Assembly (NCBI GenBank): GCA_943354905.1
Contig: CALRDL010000001.1
Span: 29,520-93,519, forward strand
Direction of reading: 5' to 3'
Length of the DNA: 64,000 bases
Source of the DNA: Candidatus Nomurabacteria bacterium
Lineage (GTDB): Bacteria; Patescibacteriota; Minisyncoccia; Phycocordibacterales; UBA9973
The translations under genes and the position numbers were made by a program. This document shows positions 9,368-19,935 of this stretch, in pieces. Below the pieces are notes generated by a model that worked only from the letters and a program-made list of their open reading frames with translations, searched no databases and was not told the origin of the DNA. Within the stretch, counting starts at the first letter, position 1. Every line of letters begins with the position of its first letter.

Positions 9368-11977
9368 TTATTTCACTTCCCCAAAATTGTCTCCGGAGCC
9401 TGAGTGGACTATGAGCGGGATGTCGGTCTTGTATTCTAAATACGATCTCGAAAGAACCGTTTGCATAGCATTTTTAATTATCTTTTCTGCTTGGTCTAAA
9501 ACTCCTTCTTCGACTTCGTACACGAGTTCATCATGAATCTGCAAAACTAGATGCACTCTATCAAGTAGGCCAGCACTTTTCAAATCTTCATGAGAATATC
9601 TGATGGCTAGTTTAATAATGTCGGCGGTGGCTGTGCCCTGGATGGGTGCATTTGTGGCTGTACGCTCGGCCATGTTTTTCAAAAATGGAATCCTAGAATT
9701 TATATTTGGAAAATATCTCCGCCGTCCAAACAAAGTTTCCGTAAAACCATTTTTAGTGACATCAACTTTTACTTTTTCTAAATAATCTCGCACCCCAGAG
9801 AATTGATTGAAATAATTATCATAAAACTTTTGGGCTTCTTCTCTAGTTCCACCCAAATTTTTCCGCAGAGAGGAAACTCCCATACCATAAATAATTCCGA
9901 AGTTTATTACCTTAGCCTTGCGACGCATTTCGTGGTCAACTTTGTCGATAGGCACTCCAAAAACAAAAGACGCCACTCCAGAATGAATATCTTTCCCCTC
10001 TTTGAAAATCTCAGTCATTTTTTTATCTCCAGAAAGCATCGCTGCGACACGCAACTCTATCTGACTATAATCAAAAGTACAAAGCTTGTAACCCTTTTGG
10101 GCTATAAAACCTGCTCGAATCCTCTTGCCGAGCTCGGATTTTATTGGAAGATTTTGTAAGTTTGGATCGATAGAAGAAAACCTACCGGTGGTAGTAGCAT
10201 TTTGTAAAAATTTAGAATGAAGTCTATTATCTACTCCGACCATTTTTGGAATCACATCGATATATGTCGAAAGCAATTTTTGAAGTTCTCGATAAGAAAG
10301 TATTTCTGTAATAATCGGATTTTCTTCTTCAAGTTCTTCAAGAACTGAAACTTTAGTAGATAAATTTCCACTGGCTCCTTTTTTCTTGGACTTCATCCCC
10401 ATCTTCTCAAAGAGAACAACGCCTAATTGCTTCGGGGAATTAATGTTAAATTCCGTACCAGCCATTTCATATATTTTTTTGGTTAAAATATCTAGTTCAA
10501 TATGATATTCTTTTGAGAGTTTTTCAAAATATTTTTGATCGAGCATTATGCCGTGATCTTCCATCTCTTTGACTATAGGAATTATTGGATGCTCGATCTC
10601 TTCATAAACTTTTTCAAGTTTTTTTTCACTCAATTTCTTAAAAACATATTCGCGAGCTTTTTCGAAATCACTTGTATTGGCCTGCCCGACTGAATAGTCG
10701 TTCGGGCGGGAGAAATTTAAAATATCCTCCAAGCTTGGATTGGAGATATCAGAGTTCACTAGCCAGAGAGCTATGCTGGTTTCTTGAAGCTTAAGAGGAT
10801 CCGCAGGAAGACGCTCGGGAATAGCAGAATACGAATTTAGCAGAATTTTCTCGGGTCCTCGGGTCGCCCCTAGGATTCTCCGTCGGGGCTCAACCAGACC
10901 AGCTCGAAAATTCTCTAAATTCGTATTCTGCTGACTTGAAAAAAAACTTTTCAATCTTGAAAACAAAGACCTAAATTCAAAGAAATTAAATATTTGTTCA
11001 ATTTTTTTAAAATCTGCATTTTCCCAAAAAGTTTTTTCTGGAATTTTAAAATTGATCGGTGCATCTCTGCGTATTGTCGCTAAAGTTTTCGAAAAAAGTG
11101 CTTCTTCTTCGTTGTTTTTTAAAAGCTCAATCATCCGTGGACTAATACCCGCTTTTAAAAAATCTTCATCCCCGCCCGAACGACCGTCCGGTCGGGCGGG
11201 TTTTTTTAATTTTTTATAAATATCTTCGATGGTTCCAAATTTACTGATTAAAATTTCTGCAGTTTTTTCGCCTATGCCTTTGATGCCGATGATATTGTCT
11301 GACGGATCTCCGCGAAGTCCCTTGTAGTCTGGCAAAAAAACCGGTTTAAAATTAAAACGTTCTACGACTTTTTCTTCATCATACAAAATAGTGTCGTTAA
11401 TACCTTTTTTAAGAGTGTAGACTTGAACCTTTTTATCATCGATGAGTTGCATCGTATCCATATCTCCGGAAGCAATGATGATATTTATACCCCCTCCGCC
11501 CTTCGTCAAGCTCAGGGTACCTCCCCTATTTTTGGAGGGGACATAGGGGGAGGTCAAGTGGGGGCGCAATTGCGCCACTATAGTACCAAGCACATCATCC
11601 GCCTCGAAACCCGGTGCATCATAAATCGGAATATTAAAAGCTTCGAAGATTTGGCGAGAATTTTTTAGTTGCGTTATGAGAGCTTCATCGGTCTTGGCTC
11701 TCCCTTTTTTATATCCATCATAAGCCTCATGCCGAAAAGTTTTTTGTGGTAGATCATAACAAGCCACGATATAGTCTGGCTTCAAATCTACAATGATCTT
11801 CATCAACATTGTAGACAACCCATACAAAGCCCCAGTCGGCTCACCTTTAGAAGATAGAAAGTCGGGAAGGGCATGATAGGCTCGATGAATTATCGCGTGC
11901 GAATCCAAAAGGACTAAAGTTTTGGGCTGTTTACTATTTTGCTCATTTTCTTTAATTTCTTTAGTTTCTTTGGACAT
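9368..11977 (-). CDS. polA: DNA polymerase I; 4 in-frame palindromic insertions
   Basis: 5'-3' exo (LLDSHAIIHRAYHA, EADD, GDPSDN); Pol A motifs DYSQIELR, KVINFGIIYG, QIHDEL. Confidence 0.97.
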   Translation of the reverse strand: MSKETKEIKENEQNSKQPKTLVLLDSHAIIHRAYHALPDFLSSKGEPTGALYGLSTMLMKIIVDLKPDYIVACYDLPQKTFRHEAYDGYKKGRAKTDEALITQLKNSRQIFEAFNIPIYDAPGFEADDVLGTIVAQLRPHLTSPYVPSKNRGGTLSLTKGGGGINIIIASGDMDTMQLIDDKKVQVYTLKKGINDTILYDEEKVVERFNFKPVFLPDYKGLRGDPSDNIIGIKGIGEKTAEILISKFGTIEDIYKKLKKPARPDGRSGGDEDFLKAGISPRMIELLKNNEEEALFSKTLATIRRDAPINFKIPEKTFWENADFKKIEQIFNFFEFRSLFSRLKSFFSSQQNTNLENFRAGLVEPRRRILGATRGPEKILLNSYSAIPERLPADPLKLQETSIALWLVNSDISNPSLEDILNFSRPNDYSVGQANTSDFEKAREYVFKKLSEKKLEKVYEEIEHPIIPIVKEMEDHGIMLDQKYFEKLSKEYHIELDILTKKIYEMAGTEFNINSPKQLGVVLFEKMGMKSKKKGASGNLSTKVSVLEELEEENPIITEILSYRELQKLLSTYIDVIPKMVGVDNRLHSKFLQNATTTGRFSSIDPNLQNLPIKSELGKRIRAGFIAQKGYKLCTFDYSQIELRVAAMLSGDKKMTEIFKEGKDIHSGVASFVFGVPIDKVDHEMRRKAKVINFGIIYGMGVSSLRKNLGGTREEAQKFYDNYFNQFSGVRDYLEKVKVDVTKNGFTETLFGRRRYFPNINSRIPFLKNMAERTATNAPIQGTATADIIKLAIRYSHEDLKSAGLLDRVHLVLQIHDELVYEVEEGVLDQAEKIIKNAMQTVLSRSYLEYKTDIPLIVHSGSGDNFGEVK

Positions 11978-12014
11978 TATGTAAATTATAGCACTTACGT
12001 TATAATTACCTCTA

Positions 12015-13712
12015 ATGTCTACATTTGACGAGGAAAAACAAAATAAACAACTTGATGATATTCATCGACAACAAGAAGAAGAACTCATATTGAGTCTAGC
12101 CGAGTCTAAATACCACATACCTTATGCTGACTTATATCATTTAGAAATAGACAACGAATCTCTGCGAATGGTTTCTGAAAAAGAAGCTTTAGAAATGAAA
12201 ATCGCTCCATTTAAACTTTTTGGAAAGAATATTTTCATTGCTCTGCGTACTCCGACTCCCGAGATAATGGAAAATTTGAAAGAAAAAATGCTCCGATACA
12301 ATCTAGAACCTGTTTTTTATATGGCATCAGAAGCAAGTTTAAAAAAAGTCTGGAGTAGATATCAAGAAATTTCAATGTCTCAAAATGTACAAGTCGGTGG
12401 TATAGAAATCTCTGGCGAAGTTTTAACTGAAACCAAGAAAAAAGTAAATCACATAGAAGACATAGAAAAATTGGTAACCGAAGTTTTAGAAGGAAACAAG
12501 ACTCACAAGATATCTCACCTACTCGAGATCATCTTAGCTGGAGCGATAGCCATCAAAGCTTCCGATATACACATCGAACCAGAAAAAGATCGGAGCAAAC
12601 TTCGTCTCCGACTCGATGGAATTCTGCAAGATATAAATTTCTTTGGACTCGATATATACCGACTTTTAAATTCCCGAATCAAGCTCCTCTCTGGCATGAA
12701 ACTAACCTCCAAAATAGCTCAGGACGGACGATTCAGTATCATGGAAAGTGACTCAGAGATAAATATCCGTACTTCGCTCATCCCTGGATCATATGGCGAG
12801 TCTATTGTCATGCGTATTCTCGATCCAAAATCCATCCGAGTGGGATTTGAAAAGTTGGGAATCGAACCATACCTCTTGAGTATAGTCGAAGAAGCCATCA
12901 AGAAACCAAACGGACTCATCTTGATCACAGGACCGACAGGTTCGGGCAAGACGACGACTCTGTATGCATTTTTGCAAAAAATATATTCAGATGAAATAAA
13001 AATAATTACTATCGAAGACCCTGTCGAATACCATCTAATAGGAGTAACTCAAACTCAGGTGAATATAAAGAGAGGTTATACTTTTGTAGAAGGACTGCGT
13101 TCTGCTTTGCGCCAAGATCCAGACGTGATCATGGTCGGAGAAATTCGTGATGACGACACCGCAGGTACTGCTGTCCAATCCTCCCTCACAGGACATATGG
13201 TTTTCTCTACTTTACATACCAATAATGCGGCTGGAGTCATTCCTCGTCTAATAGATCTTAAAGTCAATCCAAAGATTCTCGTGTCAGCTTTGTCACTCTC
13301 TATCGCTCAACGTCTAGTGCGAATCTTGTGCGACAACTGCAAAATAAAAAAGGAACTTTCAGAAACAGAAAATAAAATAGTGCAATCCATAATAGATGGA
13401 ATGAAATTAGAGGGGAAAGATTTAGCAAAATATAACATCAGTATTGATGTCCCTTTCAAATTCTTCTCCCCTGTTGGTTGTAATAGTTGCAACAAGACTG
13501 GCTTCAAGGGGCGAATCGGAATTTTTGAAGCCATCAAAACAGATGAGTTTATTGAAAAAATTATTTTAGAAAACCCAAGCGAAAGAGAAATAAAAAAAGT
13601 AGCCAAAAATCAAGGCACCCTCTCTATGCGTCAAGACGGACTAGTCAAAATGTTTCAGGGGGTTACTTCTTACGAAGAAGTCTTGAGCGTGGTGGATTTG
13701 ACGGAAGAATAA
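12015..13712 (+). CDS. pilB: Type IV pilus / T2SS assembly ATPase (PilB/GspE)
   Basis: ASDIHIEP, GPTGSGKTT, TIEDPVE, LRQDPD, STLHTN, Cys motifs. Confidence 0.9.
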   Translation: MSTFDEEKQNKQLDDIHRQQEEELILSLAESKYHIPYADLYHLEIDNESLRMVSEKEALEMKIAPFKLFGKNIFIALRTPTPEIMENLKEKMLRYNLEPVFYMASEASLKKVWSRYQEISMSQNVQVGGIEISGEVLTETKKKVNHIEDIEKLVTEVLEGNKTHKISHLLEIILAGAIAIKASDIHIEPEKDRSKLRLRLDGILQDINFFGLDIYRLLNSRIKLLSGMKLTSKIAQDGRFSIMESDSEINIRTSLIPGSYGESIVMRILDPKSIRVGFEKLGIEPYLLSIVEEAIKKPNGLILITGPTGSGKTTTLYAFLQKIYSDEIKIITIEDPVEYHLIGVTQTQVNIKRGYTFVEGLRSALRQDPDVIMVGEIRDDDTAGTAVQSSLTGHMVFSTLHTNNAAGVIPRLIDLKVNPKILVSALSLSIAQRLVRILCDNCKIKKELSETENKIVQSIIDGMKLEGKDLAKYNISIDVPFKFFSPVGCNSCNKTGFKGRIGIFEAIKTDEFIEKIILENPSEREIKKVAKNQGTLSMRQDGLVKMFQGVTSYEEVLSVVDLTEE

Positions 13713-13747
13713 ATAAGTTTGTGAGGTCTTTCCTCATAAACAAAAAA

Positions 13748-13890
13748 ACACTAATCTCTAAACAATCCTTTCAGGGCTGGGCCCCAAGAGTAACAAATTA
13801 TTATAGGATAGATCCAGTGAACTAATAAAAGTACCAGAACGTCCTACGCAAACCCGTATAACCGGTGGCTGATTGCTTAGAGATTAGTAT
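13748..13890. ncRNA. Candidate structured ncRNA of unknown family
   Basis: Closing stem ACTAATCTCTAA..AATC / GATT..TTAGAGATTAGT enclosing a GC-richer interior; U-tract on the minus strand. Confidence 0.45.
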
Positions 13891-14040
13891 TTTCTTTTAA
13901 CCTTTTCTCTAAAAAAACTAAATACATTTTACTACATACAAAATAGTGTAAATGCTATACTGTGGATAGTAATGTTTATAGTGTGTTGATAGGATGTGTA
14001 TAACCTATCACATATACGAATATAGCATAATTTAATCACA

Positions 14041-15060
14041 ATGTCAAGTACTAAACCAAAGGAAACAAACAAAAAGACAGACGAAAGTCATTTAGACCAA
14101 ACTCTCCGTCCGAGAGCTTGGGATGAATATATTGGTCAAAAACACATCAAAGACAATCTAAAAATCCTTCTCGAAGCGGCTGAGGGTCGTGGACACATTC
14201 CTGAACATATTTTATTCTATGGACCTCCAGGTCTCGGCAAGACTACCTTGGCACACTTGATAGCCAAGGAAACCGGACGACAAATGAAAATCACTTCTGG
14301 TCCGGCTATTGAAAAAATCGGTGACCTGGCTTCGATACTGACCAACCTTTCTGTCGGAGATATTCTCTTCATCGACGAGATTCATAGATTAAATAAAATG
14401 GTGGAAGAGATTCTCTATCCAGCTATGGAGTCTGGAGTGCTCGACATCATCATAGGCAAAGGTCCTTCGGCACGGACAATCCAGCTTGACCTACCACCAT
14501 TTACACTGATCGCCGCGACGACGCGTGTAGCCATGGTATCTTCTCCCCTTCGTTCTCGTTTTTCGGGTGGAGTTTTTCGACTGGAGTTTTATTCCAACGA
14601 AGAGATTGCTCGCATAGTAGATAGATCTAGTAAACTTTTGGAAATAAGTTTTGAAAAAGATGCCCTAGAAGAAATAGCCAAGAGAAGCCGATTTACTCCG
14701 CGCACGGCAAATTATTTTTTAAAAAGAGTACGAGACTTTGCGCAAGTAAACCAAAAATCTAGCGTTAGGCAAGACCTAACGCAAAAGACAGTCAAAGATG
14801 CGCTAAATATGCTAGCCATAGATGAGATAGGACTGAATTCTTCAGATCGAAAATTTTTAGAAATACTTATTGAAAAATTTAATGGTGGACCAGTCGGACT
14901 CAAGACCATCGGCGCAGCTATGAGTGAAGAAGAAGCTACAGTGGAAGAAGTCATCGAGCCGTACCTGATCCAGCTCGGACTCCTCGAACGCACCGCTCGT
15001 GGACGGGTAGCAACAAAAAAAGCATATGAGCATCTGGGTTTTAATTTCCCCTCTCCTTAA
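14041..15060 (+). CDS. ruvB: Holliday junction helicase RuvB
   Basis: LRP..EYIGQ, GPPGLGKTT, FIDEIHRL, EPYLIQLG..RTARGR. Confidence 0.97.
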   Translation: MSSTKPKETNKKTDESHLDQTLRPRAWDEYIGQKHIKDNLKILLEAAEGRGHIPEHILFYGPPGLGKTTLAHLIAKETGRQMKITSGPAIEKIGDLASILTNLSVGDILFIDEIHRLNKMVEEILYPAMESGVLDIIIGKGPSARTIQLDLPPFTLIAATTRVAMVSSPLRSRFSGGVFRLEFYSNEEIARIVDRSSKLLEISFEKDALEEIAKRSRFTPRTANYFLKRVRDFAQVNQKSSVRQDLTQKTVKDALNMLAIDEIGLNSSDRKFLEILIEKFNGGPVGLKTIGAAMSEEEATVEEVIEPYLIQLGLLERTARGRVATKKAYEHLGFNFPSP

Positions 15061-15136
15061 ACCCAATAATAATGGGAGACCTGCCTGCGCAGGCAGGTCT
15101 GGAGGTGTTGTGTTCTAAACATGCTAAAATAAAATT

Positions 15137-15652
15137 ATGCGAATTTTGGGAATCGATCCGGGTTTTGAACGACTTGGGATTGCTATATTAGAAAAGCCTA
15201 GCATAGGAGTTTCCTATGACTCCATAGGAAACTCCTATGCGAAACATAAAGAGAAAGTTATTTTTTCTACTTGCTTCAAAACTTCAGCTAAGTTGGAATT
15301 TTCAGAACGTTTGAAATTGATCGGTGAAGAAGTGAAAAAAGTAATTCAAGAATACAAACCAGATGTACTCTCCATCGAAACTTTATTTTTAAATACAAAT
15401 CAAAAGACAGTGATGCGGGTCGCCGAAGCACGGGGTGTATGTATTTATGAAGCCAAACTTGCAAATTTGCAAATCTTTGAGGCCACCCCACTCCAGATCA
15501 AGGTAGCCATCACTGGCTATGGACGATCTGACAAAAATCAAATAAATAAAATGGTACATATGCTCGTCGATATCGACAAAAAAACAAAATCAGACGACGA
15601 ACTAGATGCTATCGCTATCGCATTAACAGCTTTTGCACACCTAAAGTATTGA
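15137..15652 (+). CDS. ruvC: Holliday junction resolvase RuvC
   Basis: ILGIDPG, IETLF, EARG, DDELDAIAIA. Confidence 0.95.
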   Translation: MRILGIDPGFERLGIAILEKPSIGVSYDSIGNSYAKHKEKVIFSTCFKTSAKLEFSERLKLIGEEVKKVIQEYKPDVLSIETLFLNTNQKTVMRVAEARGVCIYEAKLANLQIFEATPLQIKVAITGYGRSDKNQINKMVHMLVDIDKKTKSDDELDAIAIALTAFAHLKY

Positions 15653-15709
15653 CAAGTATTTTTTATTTTGTTACAAAGTAATAAATTATAAGTAATCAAA
15701 AAAAATTTT

Positions 15710-15832
15710 ATGGATGAAGAAGAAACAAAAGAAGAAGATGCTGATTTAGATATGGGTATTGGTGATGATCCTACTCCTCCGATGGATATACCTAGTGACG
15801 ACGACGAAGACCCAGAAAATAGATTTAGCTAA
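15710..15832 (+). CDS. Small, very acidic protein (40 aa)
   Basis: MDEEETKEEDADLDMGIGDDPTPPMDIPSDDDEDPENRFS; below the ORF-track cutoff. Confidence 0.55.
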   Translation: MDEEETKEEDADLDMGIGDDPTPPMDIPSDDDEDPENRFS

Positions 15833-17036
15833 GAGTTATTTTAATAAACTTTTTCTTACCTATTTTAAGTATTAGATTTTTCTCTATTTTAAAATTCACA
15901 TTTAGAATTTTGACTTTATTTTCTAGATCATGAATAGCATTTTCGAGTACCAGTCTACGCCATTCACTCTTTGAAGAAAGAATTTTATTTTTTACTAAAA
16001 CTTCGCTCAAGAGTTCACCAATTTTTGTTTTGATTTCTTCCATCTCGAGAGGAATTTCTTTTTTTTGGAAAGTGTTTATGAAATTATCTTGCGCTTCTTT
16101 GGCTAAAACTTCATCGTGTAATTGAGTGACTATAATCGAAGCCACCTTTTTCTTTAAACTCATGGCATCTTTTTTAATATTGAAAGTTTCTATCTCGCTC
16201 ATCGGGATATCGGTCAATAATGTAAACATGGGGATGATAGCTTCGTCACCGAGAGACATGATCTTACCAAAAAGATCATCTGGCTCATCAGTGAGTCCAA
16301 TAACATTGCCTTCACTCTTGCCTATCTTTACTCCTTTTGAATCTGAAAGAAGTGGAGTCGTCATGACAAATTTTTCTTTTTGCACCATCTCACGCATAAG
16401 CATTCGTCCAGCGAGCATGTTGAAAGTCTGATCGCTTCCCCCAAGCTCCAAATCGACATCCATAGCCACAGAATCGTAACCTTGAAGAAGCGGATATAAA
16501 AATTCACGTAGGTTTATCGGCTCACCCTTCTTGAGCCGTTCTTGAAACATATCACGTTCGATGAGCTGTTGCACAGTAAAATGCTCAGCAATGTTTAAAA
16601 TTTCAGTTTTGGTAAGTTTGTTCAACCAATCCCCGTTGTGCATGATCTTGATAGCATTCGGACCATCAAAACGCACAACCTTGGAAGCTTGTTCTAAATA
16701 ACCTCGAGCATTTTCTCGCAATTCTGCACTAGTGAAAAATCTTTCGCGAGTTTTCTTTTTACCTGTCGGGTCACCAGCTTCTCCAGTACCATCACCAATC
16801 AAGAAAATAACTTCATGACCCAAGTCCTGCCACTGTCGGTGCTTTTTTAAACCCACCATGTGTCCTATGTGCAGTCTATCTCCAGTCGGATCAAAGCCTT
16901 GATAGAGACGAAGCTTCTTACCAGAACGCAACACTTCTTCGAGTTTTTCTTTGGATGGGTAAATTTTATCTACTCCCCGAGTTAAGAGTTCTTGTATTTT
17001 ATTCTCTAGCTTATCCTCATCTTTGGTAGCTTTCAT
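15825..17036 (-). CDS. tyrS: Tyrosyl-tRNA synthetase
   Basis: GFDPTGDRLHIGH, YPLLQGYD, GGSDQ, KIGKS. Confidence 0.96.
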   Translation of the reverse strand: MKATKDEDKLENKIQELLTRGVDKIYPSKEKLEEVLRSGKKLRLYQGFDPTGDRLHIGHMVGLKKHRQWQDLGHEVIFLIGDGTGEAGDPTGKKKTRERFFTSAELRENARGYLEQASKVVRFDGPNAIKIMHNGDWLNKLTKTEILNIAEHFTVQQLIERDMFQERLKKGEPINLREFLYPLLQGYDSVAMDVDLELGGSDQTFNMLAGRMLMREMVQKEKFVMTTPLLSDSKGVKIGKSEGNVIGLTDEPDDLFGKIMSLGDEAIIPMFTLLTDIPMSEIETFNIKKDAMSLKKKVASIIVTQLHDEVLAKEAQDNFINTFQKKEIPLEMEEIKTKIGELLSEVLVKNKILSSKSEWRRLVLENAIHDLENKVKILNVNFKIEKNLILKIGKKKFIKITLS

Positions 17037-17074
17037 CCTCGAATAATAACATATTTTCTGTTATTATTGTAGTA

Positions 17075-19606
17075 ATGAGAAAATTATTTAATTTATACAA
17101 GAAACACAAAAAAAACCACATATTGAGAAATACACTTTTTGTTTGCCTCAGTCTTGGAATCATTTTTATTGGAATAATCCTCATCTGGATATCATCATTC
17201 AAAATCCCAGATCTTAACTCCTTTGAGGAACGTAGAGTAGAGAATTCGACCAAGATATATGACCGCACTGGAGAGATTATTTTGTATGATATCCATAAAA
17301 ATGCCAAAAGAACTGATATTCGTTTTAACGAGATGGGAGTAAATATAAAAAACGCTACGGTCGCTATCGAAGATGCTGAATTTTACAATCACAATGGTAT
17401 TCGGATCACCTCTATCATTCGAGCTATCTTGGCCAACCTGCTCGGCACAAGTCGAACTCAAGGTGGATCGACTATAACTCAACAATTGATAAAAAATACT
17501 CTACTGACTCAAGAAAAATCTTATACTCGTAAAATAAAAGAATGGGTACTAGCAGTCAAACTAGATAAAGCTATGTCGAAAGAAAAAATTCTAGAATATT
17601 ATTTAAATGAAGCGCCATACGGGGGAAATGTTTACGGTATTCAAGAAGCCAGCCGAACATATTTTAATAAAGATGCTATCAATCTCTCTTTGGCCGAAGC
17701 TGGATATCTGGCAGCTATACCGCAGTCCCCTACTAGTTTGTCTCCTTTTCGAAAAAATAGAGATAAACTCGAAGCTAGGAAAAATTTAGTATTTTCTAGA
17801 ATGTTTGAACTCGGTTTTATAACCGAAGAAGAATATAATATAGCAAAAAGTGAAGTAGTAACATTTATTCCACAAAATACTCAAGGTATAAAAGCTCCTC
17901 ACTTTGTATTTTTTATTAAAGAATATTTAGAAGAAAAATATGGGACCGAAATCGTCGAAAAAGGTGGACTAAAAGTTACCACAACCTTGGATTACACCCT
18001 CCAAGAAAAAGGAGAACAAATAGTAAAAAACGGTGCATTAAAAAATGCTAAGGATTGGAATGGAGAAAACGCTGCCCTTGTCGCCATAGACCCAAAAACT
18101 GGACAGATAATCACAATGATAGGTTCGAGAGATTATTTTGATAAAGAAATCGATGGAAATTTTAACGTAACTACTGCAAGTAGACAACCAGGGTCTTCTT
18201 TTAAGCCTTTTATTTACGCTACAGCTTTCAACAAAGGTTTTACTTCCGACACTGTACTCTTTGACCTAGCTACAGAATTTCAAACCACCTGTGACGCATA
18301 TGGCAAAGCCTTCCCTGATAAAAGCCAAGCTGATTGTTATATGCCTCAAAATTACGATGGAAAGTTTCGTGGCCCAATGACTCTCCGTGATGCCCTCGGA
18401 CAATCCATAAACGTTATCGCTGTAAAACTTCTATATTTAGCTGGATTAAAAGATTCATTAAAAACAGCAGAGGATATGGGAATAAATACTTTGACTGATC
18501 CTGGAAGATATGGACTCACTTTGGTTATCGGTGGTGGCGAAGTTACACTTCTCGAGATAACTTCTGCTTACAGTGTCTTTGCAAATGACGGAAATAGAAA
18601 TCCTTATACAGGAATTTTAAAAGTTGAAGATCCAAGTGGAAATATTCTGGAAGAATTTACAGCAAAACCACAAAATATCTTGCCAAAAAACACAGCTTTG
18701 ACTATTTCCAATATTTTAAATGATGAGAAGGCTCGTATACCAACTTTTGGAATACGCTCTGTACTCTATATACCAAACAGAGATGTAGCTGTAAAAACTG
18801 GAACTACAAACAACAACAAAGATGCTTGGACTATAGGATACACTCCATCTATCTCAGTCGGAGTATGGGCTGGAAACAACGACAATACACCAATGAAAAA
18901 AGGAGGTGTCTCTATGGCCGGACCTATTTGGAATAAATTTATAAATGAGGCTTTAAAAACTCTACCAAATGAAAAATTTGAAAATCCTGATCTAGGAGTA
19001 GACCCTGTAACTACAAAACCAGTTTTGCGTGGGAGCTGGCTTGGTAATGACAATTTTTTCATAGATAAAATTTCTGGAAAATTAGCGACTGAATTTACTC
19101 CGAGAGAAACTTTAGAAGAAAAAATAATAACTAATGTGCATTCTATATTATATTGGGTAGATAAAAATAATATCACCGGCCCAGCACCAAAAAATGATAA
19201 CGATAGACAATTTTCTCATTTTGATATTCCTATCCAAAATTGGTGGGCACAAAATAGATATAAATATAAGGTAGTCACTGAAAATGAAAAACCAAGTATG
19301 TCTGATGACGTCCATACCGAATCAAACAAGCCAGTAGTCAAGATCATTGAACCAAATCAAGAAACAACCTACCTAGCCAGCCAAAAAATAAATATAAAGT
19401 TAACTAGTGCTGGAAATTACCCTCTTTTAAAAGCTGATATATTTATAAACGATGTTTATGTGGGAGAAAATGATCTCAGGTATGGATTTTCTTTCACTCC
19501 AAAAGATTTGGAAAATATCCAAGAAAAAAATGAGTTAAAAATCATAGTTTATGATACTGTCTACAATAGCACCATAGTAACTACTACTTTCTCGGTGAAA
19601 GACTAA
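17075..19606 (+). CDS. Class A penicillin-binding protein (PBP1A family)
   Basis: AIED..FYNHNG, QGGSTITQQL, RKIKE; SSFK, SIN, KTGT. Confidence 0.95.
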   Translation: MRKLFNLYKKHKKNHILRNTLFVCLSLGIIFIGIILIWISSFKIPDLNSFEERRVENSTKIYDRTGEIILYDIHKNAKRTDIRFNEMGVNIKNATVAIEDAEFYNHNGIRITSIIRAILANLLGTSRTQGGSTITQQLIKNTLLTQEKSYTRKIKEWVLAVKLDKAMSKEKILEYYLNEAPYGGNVYGIQEASRTYFNKDAINLSLAEAGYLAAIPQSPTSLSPFRKNRDKLEARKNLVFSRMFELGFITEEEYNIAKSEVVTFIPQNTQGIKAPHFVFFIKEYLEEKYGTEIVEKGGLKVTTTLDYTLQEKGEQIVKNGALKNAKDWNGENAALVAIDPKTGQIITMIGSRDYFDKEIDGNFNVTTASRQPGSSFKPFIYATAFNKGFTSDTVLFDLATEFQTTCDAYGKAFPDKSQADCYMPQNYDGKFRGPMTLRDALGQSINVIAVKLLYLAGLKDSLKTAEDMGINTLTDPGRYGLTLVIGGGEVTLLEITSAYSVFANDGNRNPYTGILKVEDPSGNILEEFTAKPQNILPKNTALTISNILNDEKARIPTFGIRSVLYIPNRDVAVKTGTTNNNKDAWTIGYTPSISVGVWAGNNDNTPMKKGGVSMAGPIWNKFINEALKTLPNEKFENPDLGVDPVTTKPVLRGSWLGNDNFFIDKISGKLATEFTPRETLEEKIITNVHSILYWVDKNNITGPAPKNDNDRQFSHFDIPIQNWWAQNRYKYKVVTENEKPSMSDDVHTESNKPVVKIIEPNQETTYLASQKINIKLTSAGNYPLLKADIFINDVYVGENDLRYGFSFTPKDLENIQEKNELKIIVYDTVYNSTIVTTTFSVKD

Positions 19607-19649
19607 ATCATAACACTATTCGCGATCACGATAGTGTGTTATTACTTTA

Positions 19650-19907
19650 TCATCTAAAGTTTTCTGGAGTTTTTTTACCTAGAAATTCTTGCAATCTGTA
19701 AAAAATCTCTTCTTTCTTTAAAAATATTTCATTTTTATAAATAGGCTTAATATCTAAATAAATAATATTATTTTTTATTTTTATATTTTCGAGTTTTATT
19801 TCAACTCCAATAACTTTAGAAATAATCTTTCCGACTGAATCTCTCTTGCCCTCTTCAGATAAGAGAATATTTTGAAATCTAGCTAATAAGTCTTTAATCT
19901 CTATCAC
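19650..19907 (-). CDS. Small hypothetical protein (possibly DciA/DUF721-like)
   Basis: 85 aa, downstream of dnaN. Confidence 0.5.
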   Translation of the reverse strand: MIEIKDLLARFQNILLSEEGKRDSVGKIISKVIGVEIKLENIKIKNNIIYLDIKPIYKNEIFLKKEEIFYRLQEFLGKKTPENFR

Positions 19908-19935
19908 GTTTTACTTTATAACTTTATAACTACTC

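Noticed and set aside
10823-11566. Inteins or self-splicing introns in polA and pcrA
   Set aside because: Inserts are too short and lack intein C/S..HN ends or recognisable group I/II cores.
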